From the NCBI GenBank assembly GCA_030428385.1, contig JAUIDY010000018.1, positions 474 through 64,473 on the forward strand: DNA of 64,000 nt. Direction: 5' to 3'. Every line of letters starts with the position of its first letter. The first letter of the stretch is position 1. This document shows, piece after piece, positions 9,303 through 19,218 of the stretch. The notes under the pieces are model-generated. The model saw only the letters and a program-made list of their open reading frames with translations, was not told where the DNA came from and did not search any database. The DNA is from Rhodothermia bacterium (GTDB lineage Bacteria; Bacteroidota; Rhodothermia; Rhodothermales; JAAAOL01). A program made the position numbers and the translations under genes.

Positions 9303-10463
9303 ATGTCTACCACGATGGTTCATCAACTCGGACTGCGGCGTCAGTATAACCGCCTCTACTGGGGAATCAGTTTCATCTCGCTATGCGTGTTCCTTGTTTT
9401 GACGACCTGGATGAGCGCAGTGGATCACCGCTGGTGGTATTACGTGGGACTCGCAGCAATCGCTACGCCCGGCTTGTTAGTATTTCTGCCTGGAAGTCCC
9501 CGCCGCCTGGAACACAAGGGGCATGCTCGATGGGCCAACCCCCGCGAATACCCAGACGTACCCACGGTTGATGCTCCTGGCGCTGCAACCCTGCCCTCAA
9601 CAACGGCTACCCCACAAACAGAGCGCCCCGAAGCTTGCGCTCGTTATTCGGTACTTCTCTCCATCACCACCCCATCAAGTGGTCCTGAACTGTTGCGCGT
9701 AGCCCAATCCCTGTCCCCCCCCGATCATCTTCACCTTACCGCTCTGCATATTTGGTCATCGCAAGCGTATCGGGCCGAGGCTTTTTCGTTTCGCGACGCG
9801 TCTCCTCACACGCACCCGCTACAACCGCTACTTACACAGGTAGACCCGAATCGGGTTACCCCTCTTTGTCTCGTCTCTGAAGATCCGGCCCAAGACTATC
9901 TGTTGACCATCAGTGAGCAACGGACCGATCTCGTTGTTGCCGACTGGTATGAACCCGTAACAAGCGAGGCTTTCTTGCCGCCCCTGCTCCAAACGGTTGT
10001 TGACCATTCACCAGCGGGACTCGTCCTTTATCTTTCGAGAAGACGTGTTCCCTGGCGGCGTGTTTTGGTCCCCTTACTCGGCAGTTCTCGAGACCATGAA
10101 GCCGCCACCCTCGCGCTTCAGATGAACAAGGCCTCGGGCATAGGGGTCACCTTTTTAATGTTCGACCCCGCTGATAAGGACCGCTTTTCGTATCTGTTGC
10201 ACGAGCCGACCGCGTCGGAGGTTCGTTTAAATGTTCGTATTCTTTCCTCGGACGACCCGGTCGCGTTCACCATTCAGGAGGCGTGGCATGGTTATGACCT
10301 CATCGTGCTGGGGTCTGGCGAACGTACCTCATTGTCTCCCCCCTCAACTCATGCCCTATTTGCTGACTTTCATGAACGCCTGGCCTACGCCACGCCAACC
10401 TCGCTTCTACTTGTGCATCAATTGCCCCACCATCAACTGCCCCACCATCAACGCGTGACGTAG
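9303..10463 (+). CDS. Membrane-anchored protein with tandem USP-like domains
   Basis: Two N-terminal TM helices; RRVLVPLLG, YDLIVLG, TSLLLVH resemble USP/antiporter C-terminal domains. Confidence 0.6.
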   Translation: MSTTMVHQLGLRRQYNRLYWGISFISLCVFLVLTTWMSAVDHRWWYYVGLAAIATPGLLVFLPGSPRRLEHKGHARWANPREYPDVPTVDAPGAATLPSTTATPQTERPEACARYSVLLSITTPSSGPELLRVAQSLSPPDHLHLTALHIWSSQAYRAEAFSFRDASPHTHPLQPLLTQVDPNRVTPLCLVSEDPAQDYLLTISEQRTDLVVADWYEPVTSEAFLPPLLQTVVDHSPAGLVLYLSRRRVPWRRVLVPLLGSSRDHEAATLALQMNKASGIGVTFLMFDPADKDRFSYLLHEPTASEVRLNVRILSSDDPVAFTIQEAWHGYDLIVLGSGERTSLSPPSTHALFADFHERLAYATPTSLLLVHQLPHHQLPHHQRVT

Positions 10464-10605
10464 TGGTTACAGCGGCAACACAAACCAGCGGATAAGACAA
10501 GTAAAGTTTCTTCGTGCTGGCCTTTCACCCATCGACCTCCCCGTCGTATGGTTTGGGGAGGTCGATGGAGGCATCTTGGGTAGATGTGCAGACAAACAGC
10601 GCCGC

Positions 10606-11028
10606 TTACCCATGGGCAGTCGCTTCGATGGGTTGTTCGGAAAGCCGACGGAGGCCGCGCTGCAGGCAGCGGGTCACATCCTGGGCCAGCTCGAACAATG
10701 CCTCATCCTCAACCACTTGAAGGGCCTGAGCCGGGTTGATCGCCGAAACCTGGGTCTGGTCTTCCCCCTGCGCCTGTACCACCACACTGCAGGGCAACAT
10801 GGTGCCGATGTGCCGATCCAGTACCAGTGCTTGATAGGCAAAATGGGGATTACAGAAGCCGAGAATACGGTACGGTGCGATCGCTATGCCCAGTTTCTGG
10901 TCAATGGTTGCCTGCACATTGATGTCGGTGAGCAGCCCAAAGCCTTCCTCGCTTAGCGATTCGATGAGCCGTGTAATGGATTCCTCCAGAGGGAGGTTGA
11001 GCGTTTGTGCAAAGTAGTATCGGGGCAT
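10606..11028 (-). CDS. DUF302 domain protein
   Basis: EGFGLLTDINV, YRILGFCNP, IGTMLPCSVVV motifs; GAGGTG upstream of ATG 11028. Confidence 0.9.
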   Translation of the reverse strand: MPRYYFAQTLNLPLEESITRLIESLSEEGFGLLTDINVQATIDQKLGIAIAPYRILGFCNPHFAYQALVLDRHIGTMLPCSVVVQAQGEDQTQVSAINPAQALQVVEDEALFELAQDVTRCLQRGLRRLSEQPIEATAHG

Positions 11029-11118
11029 GTGTGTCACCTCGGTTGCTGTTTTTTGGAAAAGCGCAGACCAGAATTACCAACCCGTGCTTCAGAACAAAAG
11101 GAATGAACAGACCACGGC

Positions 11119-11145
11119 CTTAAAAACTCCTGAATGATGGCTTAA
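11119..11145 (-). promoter_or_regulatory. Putative OmpR-family box upstream of DUF302 gene
   Basis: CTTAA 11119, CTGAA 11130, CTTAA 11141 (TTAAG/TTCAG/TTAAG on the minus strand, 11-bp period). Confidence 0.6.
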
Positions 11146-11340
11146 AAACCAGGTAAGAAAGCAAAGATGCACACACCCACTACATAAAAGCGCACCAGCT
11201 TAATTGTATTTAACCGGGCATTAATGGGATTTTCAGGTACTTGGGGCGATGCTGTTCCTACACACGGACTGATGTTGGCGGTACGCCCGTAACCATCTGC
11301 TCCGTGTGCATGCTCGGCATAACCAACCATGGAGGATGCC

Positions 11341-11661
11341 ATGTCGCACTACAAGATCCATGCATACGTCCGTACCTACTTACGCAACCAGGTTGAGCAA
11401 TCCCTCCTCGATCTGGGTATTTCCGGCTTCAGCTATTGCAAAGTGAAAGGGGTCGGTGAATACGCGAATTTCTTTAACCCCGACCCCCACGTCGAACACG
11501 CACGGCTGGAGATCTTTGTCACGCAAGAACAGGTGGATCCCGTGGTGCAAGGGATCGTCGATGCGGCCTGTACCCATGCCCCCGGAGATGGCCTGATCGC
11601 TGTGATGCCGGTCGAAAAACTGATACGGATTCGTGATTGTGTGACCACAAATAAAAACTGA
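11341..11661 (+). CDS. PII-like signalling protein (metal-efflux-associated type)
   Basis: VKGVGE, RLEIFV, GDGLIAVMPVEKLIRIR; short non-canonical T-loop; GGAGG upstream. Confidence 0.85.
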   Translation: MSHYKIHAYVRTYLRNQVEQSLLDLGISGFSYCKVKGVGEYANFFNPDPHVEHARLEIFVTQEQVDPVVQGIVDAACTHAPGDGLIAVMPVEKLIRIRDCVTTNKN

Positions 11662-11686
11662 GCACCTCCGTTTTTCAGGTGCTGAT

Positions 11687-11702
11687 TTAAGGTTGCGCTA
11701 AG
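11687..11702 (+). promoter_or_regulatory. Putative OmpR-family box upstream of cus operon
   Basis: TTAAGGTTGCGCTAAG, one mismatch from TTAAGGTAGCGCTAAG at 55577. Confidence 0.7.
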
Positions 11703-11758
11703 GTTAAGCATAATACCTTTTCCTGCGAACCTACTGCCTCATCTAACCAAGTACGACC

Positions 11759-12175
11759 ATGCACTTCGGCCTTTTCACACAAAGCCTCATTTCGATGCTT
11801 CTGTGTGCATGCCTGGTTTGCCCAGCATGGTTAACGCAATGTGGATGTGGCAGGTGTGAAATGGAAGAGACACATCCGCACGAGGAAGCCAGCATGTACG
11901 CCGGCCGTGCGCCCTGCTCACACCTTCAGGACGAAGAAATGACGGAACGACAGGCCTGCGATTCGTGTGTCTCGGCGGTCGTTTCCACATCCACCTACCT
12001 CGCGGTGTCCCCTTCGGACGATGCCGGTAACGTACCGCTCTCTCTTGCTCAAACCCGGTCGATCACGCCCATCCTTTTCCCACACATCAAAACCAAGGCG
12101 CTCGCCTTTTCGAACAGGGGCACAACCCACCCTCCAAGCGACTGGCAAGCCTTCGCGTCGGTACGGTTGATCTAA
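11759..12175 (+). CDS. Cys/His-rich leader ORF of cus operon
   Basis: Hydrophobic N-terminus, CGCGRC, HPH, CDSC, C-terminal HPP...SVRLI. Confidence 0.7.
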   Translation: MHFGLFTQSLISMLLCACLVCPAWLTQCGCGRCEMEETHPHEEASMYAGRAPCSHLQDEEMTERQACDSCVSAVVSTSTYLAVSPSDDAGNVPLSLAQTRSITPILFPHIKTKALAFSNRGTTHPPSDWQAFASVRLI

Positions 12176-12259
12176 GCAACAGCACAAGGTTTGATGGCCT
12201 TCTCTGGCCTGTGACGCTGCTTGTCCGTTTCCCTGTTCGTTTGCTTTTTACGGTTGACC

Positions 12260-13585
12260 ATGAATGCTCGACGCTGGCATTGGCTCTTGCCGTTGCTGTT
12301 CTTCTCGACGCTGGTTCATGCCCAGGCTCCCCCTTCTTTATCCGTCGGAACCGAAGCTGACCTGCCCTTTCTTGATCTCACCACCTTGTTGGAAGAGGTC
12401 GCATCGTCCAATCCAACGCTCCAGGCGGCCTTCCTCGAACGTGAGGCATTACAAACACGCAAGGCGCAGGTAGCTACGTTGCCCGACCCACGAGTGATGG
12501 CGACCTACCAGCCTTTCCCGTTGATGACGGCACGGGGCGCGCAGCGTTCACAGTGGCGGGTAGAGCAACCATTACCCTATCCGGGCAAGTTACGCCTGCA
12601 AGGCGAAATCGCTGACCTGAGTGCCGAAATCGCAGGCTGGGAGGCCCACACCCTTGAACAGGATCTCGTGTTGACGGTCAAGCAAGCCTACTATGATCTT
12701 TATCGAATCCAGGAACAGGAAGCCCTCATCCATACCTTCCAAGAGCAACTGGAGACCTTCGAACAGGTGGCCCTTACCCAGTATGAAGTGGGAACGGGGA
12801 TGCAACAGGCCATTCTGAAGGCACAGGTCGAAAAAAACACCCTACACCAGCGGCTGTTGAGTCTGTCCACCCAGCGCCGCTCAGCCCTTGAATCGCTGGC
12901 CCTGGCTGTCAACCGCCCTATCACAGGGCCGGTTGTCGTTCGGGTGACGATGCCCGATGAACCCCTGGTTTCGGAAGCAGCGCTGGTGGTCCTGGCCGAA
13001 GAATACCGGCCTGAGGCAGAGGCGCTCCGTGTCGCACAGACCCGTGCAAATCAAAGCATTGCGCTGGCCCAAAAGCAGTTTTTGCCGGACTTCGGGTTCA
13101 ACCTGACCTACTTCGATCTGGCCTCCTCCGACCTGATGCCCACCGCGACAGGCCGCGATGCCCTCGCTGTGGGCGTGTCGATTCAGGTGCCGTTGCAGCG
13201 TGATCGCTTGCAGGCTCATCTGCGCGAGTCTCGGCTACGGGCGCTTCAGGTTCAGGCACGGCAGGAAGCCCTGCGTCAGAACTTTACTACCCAGATTGCC
13301 GACATGACCAACCGCCTGCGTCAGGAGGCGGAGCAGCTCGATCTGTTCGAAGCAACCCTGATCCCCCAGGCCGAGACCACCCTTCAGGCCACGCTGAGTG
13401 CGTACACCACCGGGCGTACGGATTTCCTCAACTTGCTAGATGCCGAGCGGATGCTGTTCACCCTGCGCATGAGCACGGAAGAAAGCCGGAGCCGGTATCT
13501 GATGGCTTCGGCACGGCTCGAACGCACGTTGGGCCTGCCTGACCTGGCAGACGTACCGACCGCCCTGCCCCAAGAAAACCGATAG
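12260..13585 (+). CDS. cusC: TolC-family outer-membrane efflux protein (CusC-like)
   Basis: Signal peptide; LPDP, EQPLPYPGK, YTTGRTDFLNLLDAER; first pump gene of a CBA operon. Confidence 0.88.
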   Translation: MNARRWHWLLPLLFFSTLVHAQAPPSLSVGTEADLPFLDLTTLLEEVASSNPTLQAAFLEREALQTRKAQVATLPDPRVMATYQPFPLMTARGAQRSQWRVEQPLPYPGKLRLQGEIADLSAEIAGWEAHTLEQDLVLTVKQAYYDLYRIQEQEALIHTFQEQLETFEQVALTQYEVGTGMQQAILKAQVEKNTLHQRLLSLSTQRRSALESLALAVNRPITGPVVVRVTMPDEPLVSEAALVVLAEEYRPEAEALRVAQTRANQSIALAQKQFLPDFGFNLTYFDLASSDLMPTATGRDALAVGVSIQVPLQRDRLQAHLRESRLRALQVQARQEALRQNFTTQIADMTNRLRQEAEQLDLFEATLIPQAETTLQATLSAYTTGRTDFLNLLDAERMLFTLRMSTEESRSRYLMASARLERTLGLPDLADVPTALPQENR

Positions 13586-13600
13586 ACCGGAGCTATTTCC

Positions 13601-15322
13601 ATGAAGTCCTCTCCTCGAAATAACACCATTTTGGTCACGGTGATCGTGCTGCTCACCATCACGGTGGTGCTGCTCGTTTCGCTGATCAATAAGGATACGC
13701 CGACGGCCACGATGAACGAGCGAGCCGAAAACGCTGTCCAAACCGTTGCCGATACCACGGAACGTCCTCCTGCCAGTCCCGCTGGTTTGGCCGCTGCCGA
13801 CAAAAACGGCGACGGGGTCGTCTTTCAAAGCGGGATGCACCCGTGGATCGTAGAAGATGAACCGGGAACCTGCCCGATTTGCGGGATGGACCTGATGCCT
13901 GTCCGTGTGGACGGTATGGAAGAAGGAACGGTGCGCATCGATCCCGTCACCATGCAAAACATCGGGGTGCGTACCGCTCCGGTGACCATCGCCCCGCTGC
14001 GCCGTACGGTCCGCACCACGGGTCGTTTTGAAGTCAACGAGCAGGCGACAACCATCGTCTCTCCGAAGATCGGGGGATGGATCGAAACCCTGTATGTCAA
14101 CTACGAAGGCGCGCGCGTTCGCAAGGGAGATCGGCTCTTTGAGGTATACAGCCCGGATCTTGTTTCGACGCAGGAAGAGTATTTGCTGGCCTTGCGCAAT
14201 GCCCAGCGTCTGGCCGGGACAACCGGAGCAGCCGATGCACAGCGCCTCATGGAAGCCGCCCGCCGCCGCCTTAGCTTCTGGGACATTACCGACACGCAGA
14301 TCGAGGCGCTCGTCCAAACAGGCACGCCCCAGAAGACCTTGACGTTTTTTGCGCCCGCTACCGGCACGCTCACCCGCACTGCAGTGACGGTGGGCCAACG
14401 CGTGATGGCAGGACAGGACGTCATGCAACTCACGAACCTGAGCCAACTCTGGTTGATGGTTGATGTCTTCGAACAAGACCTGCACTGGGTGAAGCTTGGT
14501 ACCGAGGCAACGATCCAGTTGCCCTATGCGACGGGAAGCACGATGACAGGGCGCGTCGAATACATCTATGATGCCCTGGATCCGGCACTACGTGCCGTCA
14601 AGGCCCGCATAGTGGTACCAAATGCGTCCAACGTCCTCAAACCCGGTATGTATGCCACCGTCGAACTCAGCGGACATGAGACGGGGCTGCATCCCGTGGT
14701 GCCAAGCGAGGCCGTCATCACCACCGGAAAGAGAAGCGTGGTCATCCTTGCTTTGGGCGATGGTCGGTTTCAGCCGGTGGAGATTGATATGGGCATCGAA
14801 GCCGACGGGCAGACCCAAATCCTGCGTGGGCTTGTCGGTGATGAACAGGTCGTTACCAGCGCGCAGTTCCTCATCGACTCGGAAGCACGCCTGGCCAGTG
14901 CAGTCAGCGCCATGATGGGTGGACACAACCATGGTGCCACTCCGGCCGCAACGACCGATGAGGTGCCCACCCCAACGATTGACCACGCCGCTATGATTCA
15001 GGATACGTCCCCAACGGCCCTGTCTTCGACAGCGAGTGATGCTGCCGTACAGGTGGTAAAGGTTGACATCATGGGCGCAGCCTTCACGCCCGATCATATC
15101 GATCTCCAGGCAGGCATACCAGCACAACTCATCTTTACCCGACACACCGACCAGACGTGTGCAACCGATGTCATGATTCCCGCCCTGGGGATCGAGAAGA
15201 CCCCTTTGCCGCTTCACGAATCTGTGACCATCGCGTTCACGCCCACGGAACTAGGATCCTTCACGTTTGCCTGTGGGATGGATATGGTCAAGGGCACCCT
15301 GCTTGTCACGTCATCTCGTTGA
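13601..15322 (+). CDS. cusB: CusB-like RND periplasmic adaptor with heavy-metal-binding and C-terminal cupredoxin domains
   Basis: MHP...PGTCPICGMDL, YSPDLVSTQEEY, LKPGMYA, AQFLIDSE; C-terminal FACGMDM. Confidence 0.92.
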   Translation: MKSSPRNNTILVTVIVLLTITVVLLVSLINKDTPTATMNERAENAVQTVADTTERPPASPAGLAAADKNGDGVVFQSGMHPWIVEDEPGTCPICGMDLMPVRVDGMEEGTVRIDPVTMQNIGVRTAPVTIAPLRRTVRTTGRFEVNEQATTIVSPKIGGWIETLYVNYEGARVRKGDRLFEVYSPDLVSTQEEYLLALRNAQRLAGTTGAADAQRLMEAARRRLSFWDITDTQIEALVQTGTPQKTLTFFAPATGTLTRTAVTVGQRVMAGQDVMQLTNLSQLWLMVDVFEQDLHWVKLGTEATIQLPYATGSTMTGRVEYIYDALDPALRAVKARIVVPNASNVLKPGMYATVELSGHETGLHPVVPSEAVITTGKRSVVILALGDGRFQPVEIDMGIEADGQTQILRGLVGDEQVVTSAQFLIDSEARLASAVSAMMGGHNHGATPAATTDEVPTPTIDHAAMIQDTSPTALSSTASDAAVQVVKVDIMGAAFTPDHIDLQAGIPAQLIFTRHTDQTCATDVMIPALGIEKTPLPLHESVTIAFTPTELGSFTFACGMDMVKGTLLVTSSR

Positions 15323-15377
15323 CAATGAGGTGCACCTAACGCCTTCTCTACGGTAGTCTTTTTACTTGAATAGAGCC

Positions 15378-18300
15378 ATGCTTAAGCGAATCATCGAATG
15401 GAGTGCAAAGAATCGGCTGCTTGTCATTCTCATGACGTTGCTCCTTTCCGTAGTGGGCATTTGGGCCACCCTGAATACGCCCGTCGATGCCATCCCGGAT
15501 CTTTCCGATGTACAGGTCATCGTCAAGACCGAATACGCAGGGCAAGGCCCTCAAATTGTTGAAGAGCAGGTCACGTACCCTCTGGCAACAGCCATGCTTT
15601 CGGTGCCCTACGCCAAAACGGTGCGGGGGTATTCCATGTTTGGCACCTCCTTCGTCTATGTCATCTTCGAGGATGGCACGGATATGTACTGGGCACGCAG
15701 CCGGGTGATTGAATACCTCAATCAGGTCGCCGGAGACCTTCCTGAAAGTGCACAGCCTGCCATTGGTCCCGATGCCACGGGGGTGGGATGGGTGTTTCAA
15801 TATAGTCTACGAGACACCACGGGCACCTACGACCTCGCCCAGTTACGTTCTATCCAGGATTTCTTTCTCAAGTACGAGTTGCAAGCCATCGAGGGGGTGA
15901 GCGAGATCGCTACCGTGGGTGGATTTCAGAAGCAGTACCAGGTGGTTGTGGATCCCCAAAAACTGGCGGCGTATGAGATCCCCCTTTCGCATGTCAAGAT
16001 GCAACTCAAGCAGAGCAACCAAGATGTGGGGGGACGGCTTCTTGAACTGAGTGAACGTGAATATATCGTACGTGGCAAAGGATACCTGCGTGGCCTGGAT
16101 GATATACGGGCCGTCCCCCTAAAAACCGTAGGCGGCACCAGTATTCGCATCGGGGATGTTGCACAGGTACAGCTTGGTCCAGAAATACGACGCGGCATTG
16201 CCGAATCGAATGGCGAAGGCGAAGTTGTTGGGGGCATCGTCATCCTGCGCTATGGCGATAATGCACAGAAGGTCATTGAGCGCGTCAAGACAAGGCTGGT
16301 GGAACTGGAAGGCAGTCTTCCACCTGGGGTGGAGGTAGTGACCGAATATGATCGTTCCCAACTCATTAGCCGCGCGGTGAACACCCTGACGACCAAGATC
16401 TGGGAAGAACTGCTTGTTGTTGCCCTCATCGTGATCGTTTTTCTGCTTCATGCCCGGAGTGCGTTTGTGGCAATCATCACCGTGCCGGTAGGCATTTTGG
16501 CTTCCTTGCTCATCATGAACAGCCTCAACCTGAACGCCAACATTATGAGCCTGGGCGGTATAGCCATTGCCATTGGAGTGATGGTGGATGCGAGTCTGGT
16601 GATGGTGGAAAACGCGCACAAGCACATCGAGCGCATGACCACTGCCCTGGGGAGAAGGCTGGAAACGAATGAACGAAGGCAAGCCGTACTGGACGCGGCA
16701 AAGGAAGTTGGGCCGAGCCTGTTTTTCTCCTTGCTCATCGTGACGGTGTCCTTTTTGCCGGTCTTTACGCTCGAACAGGTCGAAGGACGGCTTTTCCGGC
16801 CCTTGGCTTTGACCAAGACCTTTGCAATGGGCACGGCTTCTATTCTTGCCGTAACGCTGGTGCCTGCCTTGATGGTCATCTTCGTGAAAGGCAAGATTCG
16901 CCCAGAACACAAAAACCCTATTGCCCGATTCTTTATCAATGTGTACCGCCCCATCATTCAGAGTACGCTTCGCCATCCGTGGCTCGTTGTTACGCTCAGC
17001 GCACTCTTGCTCGTTGTGAGCCTCTTGCCCATTCAGCGTATGCTGATTGGACGCGCCGTCATTCCCTTTCCACAGATCGGCTCTGAGTTTATGCCCCCAC
17101 TCAATGAAGGGGACATGCTCTATATGCCCACCACCTTACCGGGTGTGAGCCCGCAGAAGGCAAAAGAAATCCTGCAACAGACCGACCGCATCATCGCGTC
17201 GTTTCCTGAGGTGCAATCGGTTTTTGGCAAGATCGGCAGGGCCGAGACCGCCACCGACCCGGCTCCGTTGACGATGATCGAAACCACCATCATCCTCAAG
17301 CCGCGAACGGCTTGGCGGGACGGTATGACCTGGGGGCAGTTGGTGACGGAACTCGACCGGGCGATTCAAATACCCGGTCTCACGAACGCCTGGACGATGC
17401 CCATCAAGACCCGCATTGATATGCTGGCAACCGGCATCAAAACTCCAGTCGGAATAAAGATTGCAGGCGAGGATTTGCAAGAGTTGCAACGCATTGGTGA
17501 ACACGTGGAAGCAACCTTAAAAGGGTTGGAGGGCACCCTTTCGGTGTATGCCGAACGGGTCATGGGAGGTACGTTTCTCGACATCGAGATCGATCGAATG
17601 GAAGCTGGCCGGTACGGTCTCACCACGGGTAACGTGCAGGATGTCATCATGAGCGCCATCGGTGGTATGAACGTGACAGAAACCGTCGAAGGGCTCGAGC
17701 GCTATCCGGTCAACGTGCGGTATCCACGCGATTTACGCAGCGACTTGCCCGCCCTCCGGCAGGTGTTAGTTCCAACCCCGGGCCGGGCACAAGTACCCCT
17801 GGGCCACCTCGCGCAGCTTTCTCTCGTGGAAGGTCCGCCCATGATCAAAAGCGAAAATGCGCGGCCCAACGCGTGGGTGTATGTAGACCTTCAGCAAGGG
17901 GTGGATGTGGGTAGCTACGTCCAACGTGCCCGTCAGGTGATCGATGAACAAGTGGTGCTCCCGTCCGGCTACTCGATCAAGTGGAGCGGGCAGTACGAAT
18001 ACATGGAACGCGCAAACAAGCGCCTTCAGATTCTGGTCCCCATCACCCTCGCCATCATCTTCTTGTTGCTGTTCCTGCATTTTAAGAACGCCACCGAGAC
18101 CCTCATCCTGATGGTGACCCTCCCCTTTGCCCTCATTGGAGCCATCTGGCTGTTGGTCCTCCTCGATTTCAATATGAGCATCGCCGTCGGGGTCGGTTTT
18201 ATTGCCGTAGCGGGGCTTGCCGCGGAAACGGGCGTCGTGATGCAGGTCTACCTCGATGAAGCCATCGAGCGATACCGGCATGAGGGGCGTCTCACGACAC

Positions 18301-18626
18301 AAAAGATGTTACGGGCCGCCTTAGAAGAGGGCGCGGTAGATCGGGTACGCCCCAAGCTCATGACCGTCTTTACCACCATCATTGGTTTATTGCCTGTTAT
18401 GTTTGGTAGCGAGACCGGGTCTGAGGTGATGAAACGTATCGCGACACCTATGGTGGGTGGTTTGGTCAGTTCCACCATCCTTACCCTGGTCGTCATCCCG
18501 GCGATGTATGCCATCATCAAAGGTTTCCAGTTCCGCCGTCAGTTTCATGAAGGCACCAATGGCACGTCTCCAACCCCCATGATGCACGAGTCTGACGTGC
18601 CGCAGTTGGTGATATCATCAGAGTAA
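15378..18626 (+). CDS. cusA: CusA/SilA Cu(I)/Ag(I) RND permease
   Basis: DAIPDLSDVQV, GPDATGVGW; Met-triad contexts LYMP, LTMIET, WTMPIK; RPKLMT. Confidence 0.95.
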   Translation: MLKRIIEWSAKNRLLVILMTLLLSVVGIWATLNTPVDAIPDLSDVQVIVKTEYAGQGPQIVEEQVTYPLATAMLSVPYAKTVRGYSMFGTSFVYVIFEDGTDMYWARSRVIEYLNQVAGDLPESAQPAIGPDATGVGWVFQYSLRDTTGTYDLAQLRSIQDFFLKYELQAIEGVSEIATVGGFQKQYQVVVDPQKLAAYEIPLSHVKMQLKQSNQDVGGRLLELSEREYIVRGKGYLRGLDDIRAVPLKTVGGTSIRIGDVAQVQLGPEIRRGIAESNGEGEVVGGIVILRYGDNAQKVIERVKTRLVELEGSLPPGVEVVTEYDRSQLISRAVNTLTTKIWEELLVVALIVIVFLLHARSAFVAIITVPVGILASLLIMNSLNLNANIMSLGGIAIAIGVMVDASLVMVENAHKHIERMTTALGRRLETNERRQAVLDAAKEVGPSLFFSLLIVTVSFLPVFTLEQVEGRLFRPLALTKTFAMGTASILAVTLVPALMVIFVKGKIRPEHKNPIARFFINVYRPIIQSTLRHPWLVVTLSALLLVVSLLPIQRMLIGRAVIPFPQIGSEFMPPLNEGDMLYMPTTLPGVSPQKAKEILQQTDRIIASFPEVQSVFGKIGRAETATDPAPLTMIETTIILKPRTAWRDGMTWGQLVTELDRAIQIPGLTNAWTMPIKTRIDMLATGIKTPVGIKIAGEDLQELQRIGEHVEATLKGLEGTLSVYAERVMGGTFLDIEIDRMEAGRYGLTTGNVQDVIMSAIGGMNVTETVEGLERYPVNVRYPRDLRSDLPALRQVLVPTPGRAQVPLGHLAQLSLVEGPPMIKSENARPNAWVYVDLQQGVDVGSYVQRARQVIDEQVVLPSGYSIKWSGQYEYMERANKRLQILVPITLAIIFLLLFLHFKNATETLILMVTLPFALIGAIWLLVLLDFNMSIAVGVGFIAVAGLAAETGVVMQVYLDEAIERYRHEGRLTTQKMLRAALEEGAVDRVRPKLMTVFTTIIGLLPVMFGSETGSEVMKRIATPMVGGLVSSTILTLVVIPAMYAIIKGFQFRRQFHEGTNGTSPTPMMHESDVPQLVISSE

Positions 18627-18666
18627 AAACACCCCATACCCTACACCAAATCACAAGGTATCCATT

Positions 18667-19092
18667 ATGAAAACTAACAAACCCTACCTCTCCGTCCTTG
18701 CTGTAAGTATGTTTCTGCTGCTAGGCACCTCAACGGTGCAGGCCCAACATCATGACCATCAAGGCGGCATGCATCAAATGACAGAAGAAGGGATTACGCA
18801 TCCTACCCTCATAGACGGTGTGCAGGTCGTTGAGGTCACCGTTACCCCGGCCGGTTACAGTGTGGATCGTATCCTATTGCAACCGGGTGTTCCTGTCCGT
18901 CTCGTTTTCACGCGCACCGAAGAAGGGGGCTGTACCCAGCGGGTTCAAATTCCTCACTTTGGTATTGCTCCTACCGATTTGCCTCTCAATGAACCAACAG
19001 CACTGGAGTTTACACCCACGGAAGGGGGCGAATTCACCTTTGCGTGTGGGATGGATATGATAAAAGGGATCTTGGTGGTAAAGACAAGTTAA
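18667..19092 (+). CDS. Exported CupA-like cupredoxin-domain protein
   Basis: Signal peptide, HHDH...MHQM, GGCT...FACGMDM. Confidence 0.85.
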   Translation: MKTNKPYLSVLAVSMFLLLGTSTVQAQHHDHQGGMHQMTEEGITHPTLIDGVQVVEVTVTPAGYSVDRILLQPGVPVRLVFTRTEEGGCTQRVQIPHFGIAPTDLPLNEPTALEFTPTEGGEFTFACGMDMIKGILVVKTS

Positions 19093-19218
19093 CCGTCCCT
19101 GATACCAGCTTTTTATCTTCGTGAGGGTTCGTGTTTGTCGTGGGTTAGTGGGTCATAGGAAAGGCTGCTTGCCTAGATCTGTTGCCAGAGCGGCTTCCCT
19201 ATTCCCCACACAGGCCGA

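Noticed and set aside
9510-9550. HKGHARWA resembling the VirD4 HGSARWA motif
   Set aside because: No P-loop domain follows; likely chance
13436-14485. Long antisense ORFs (also 16119-16976, 44465-45217, 57944-58870, 62799-63560)
   Set aside because: Shadow frames of well-supported genes in GC-rich DNA, with no recognisable motifs
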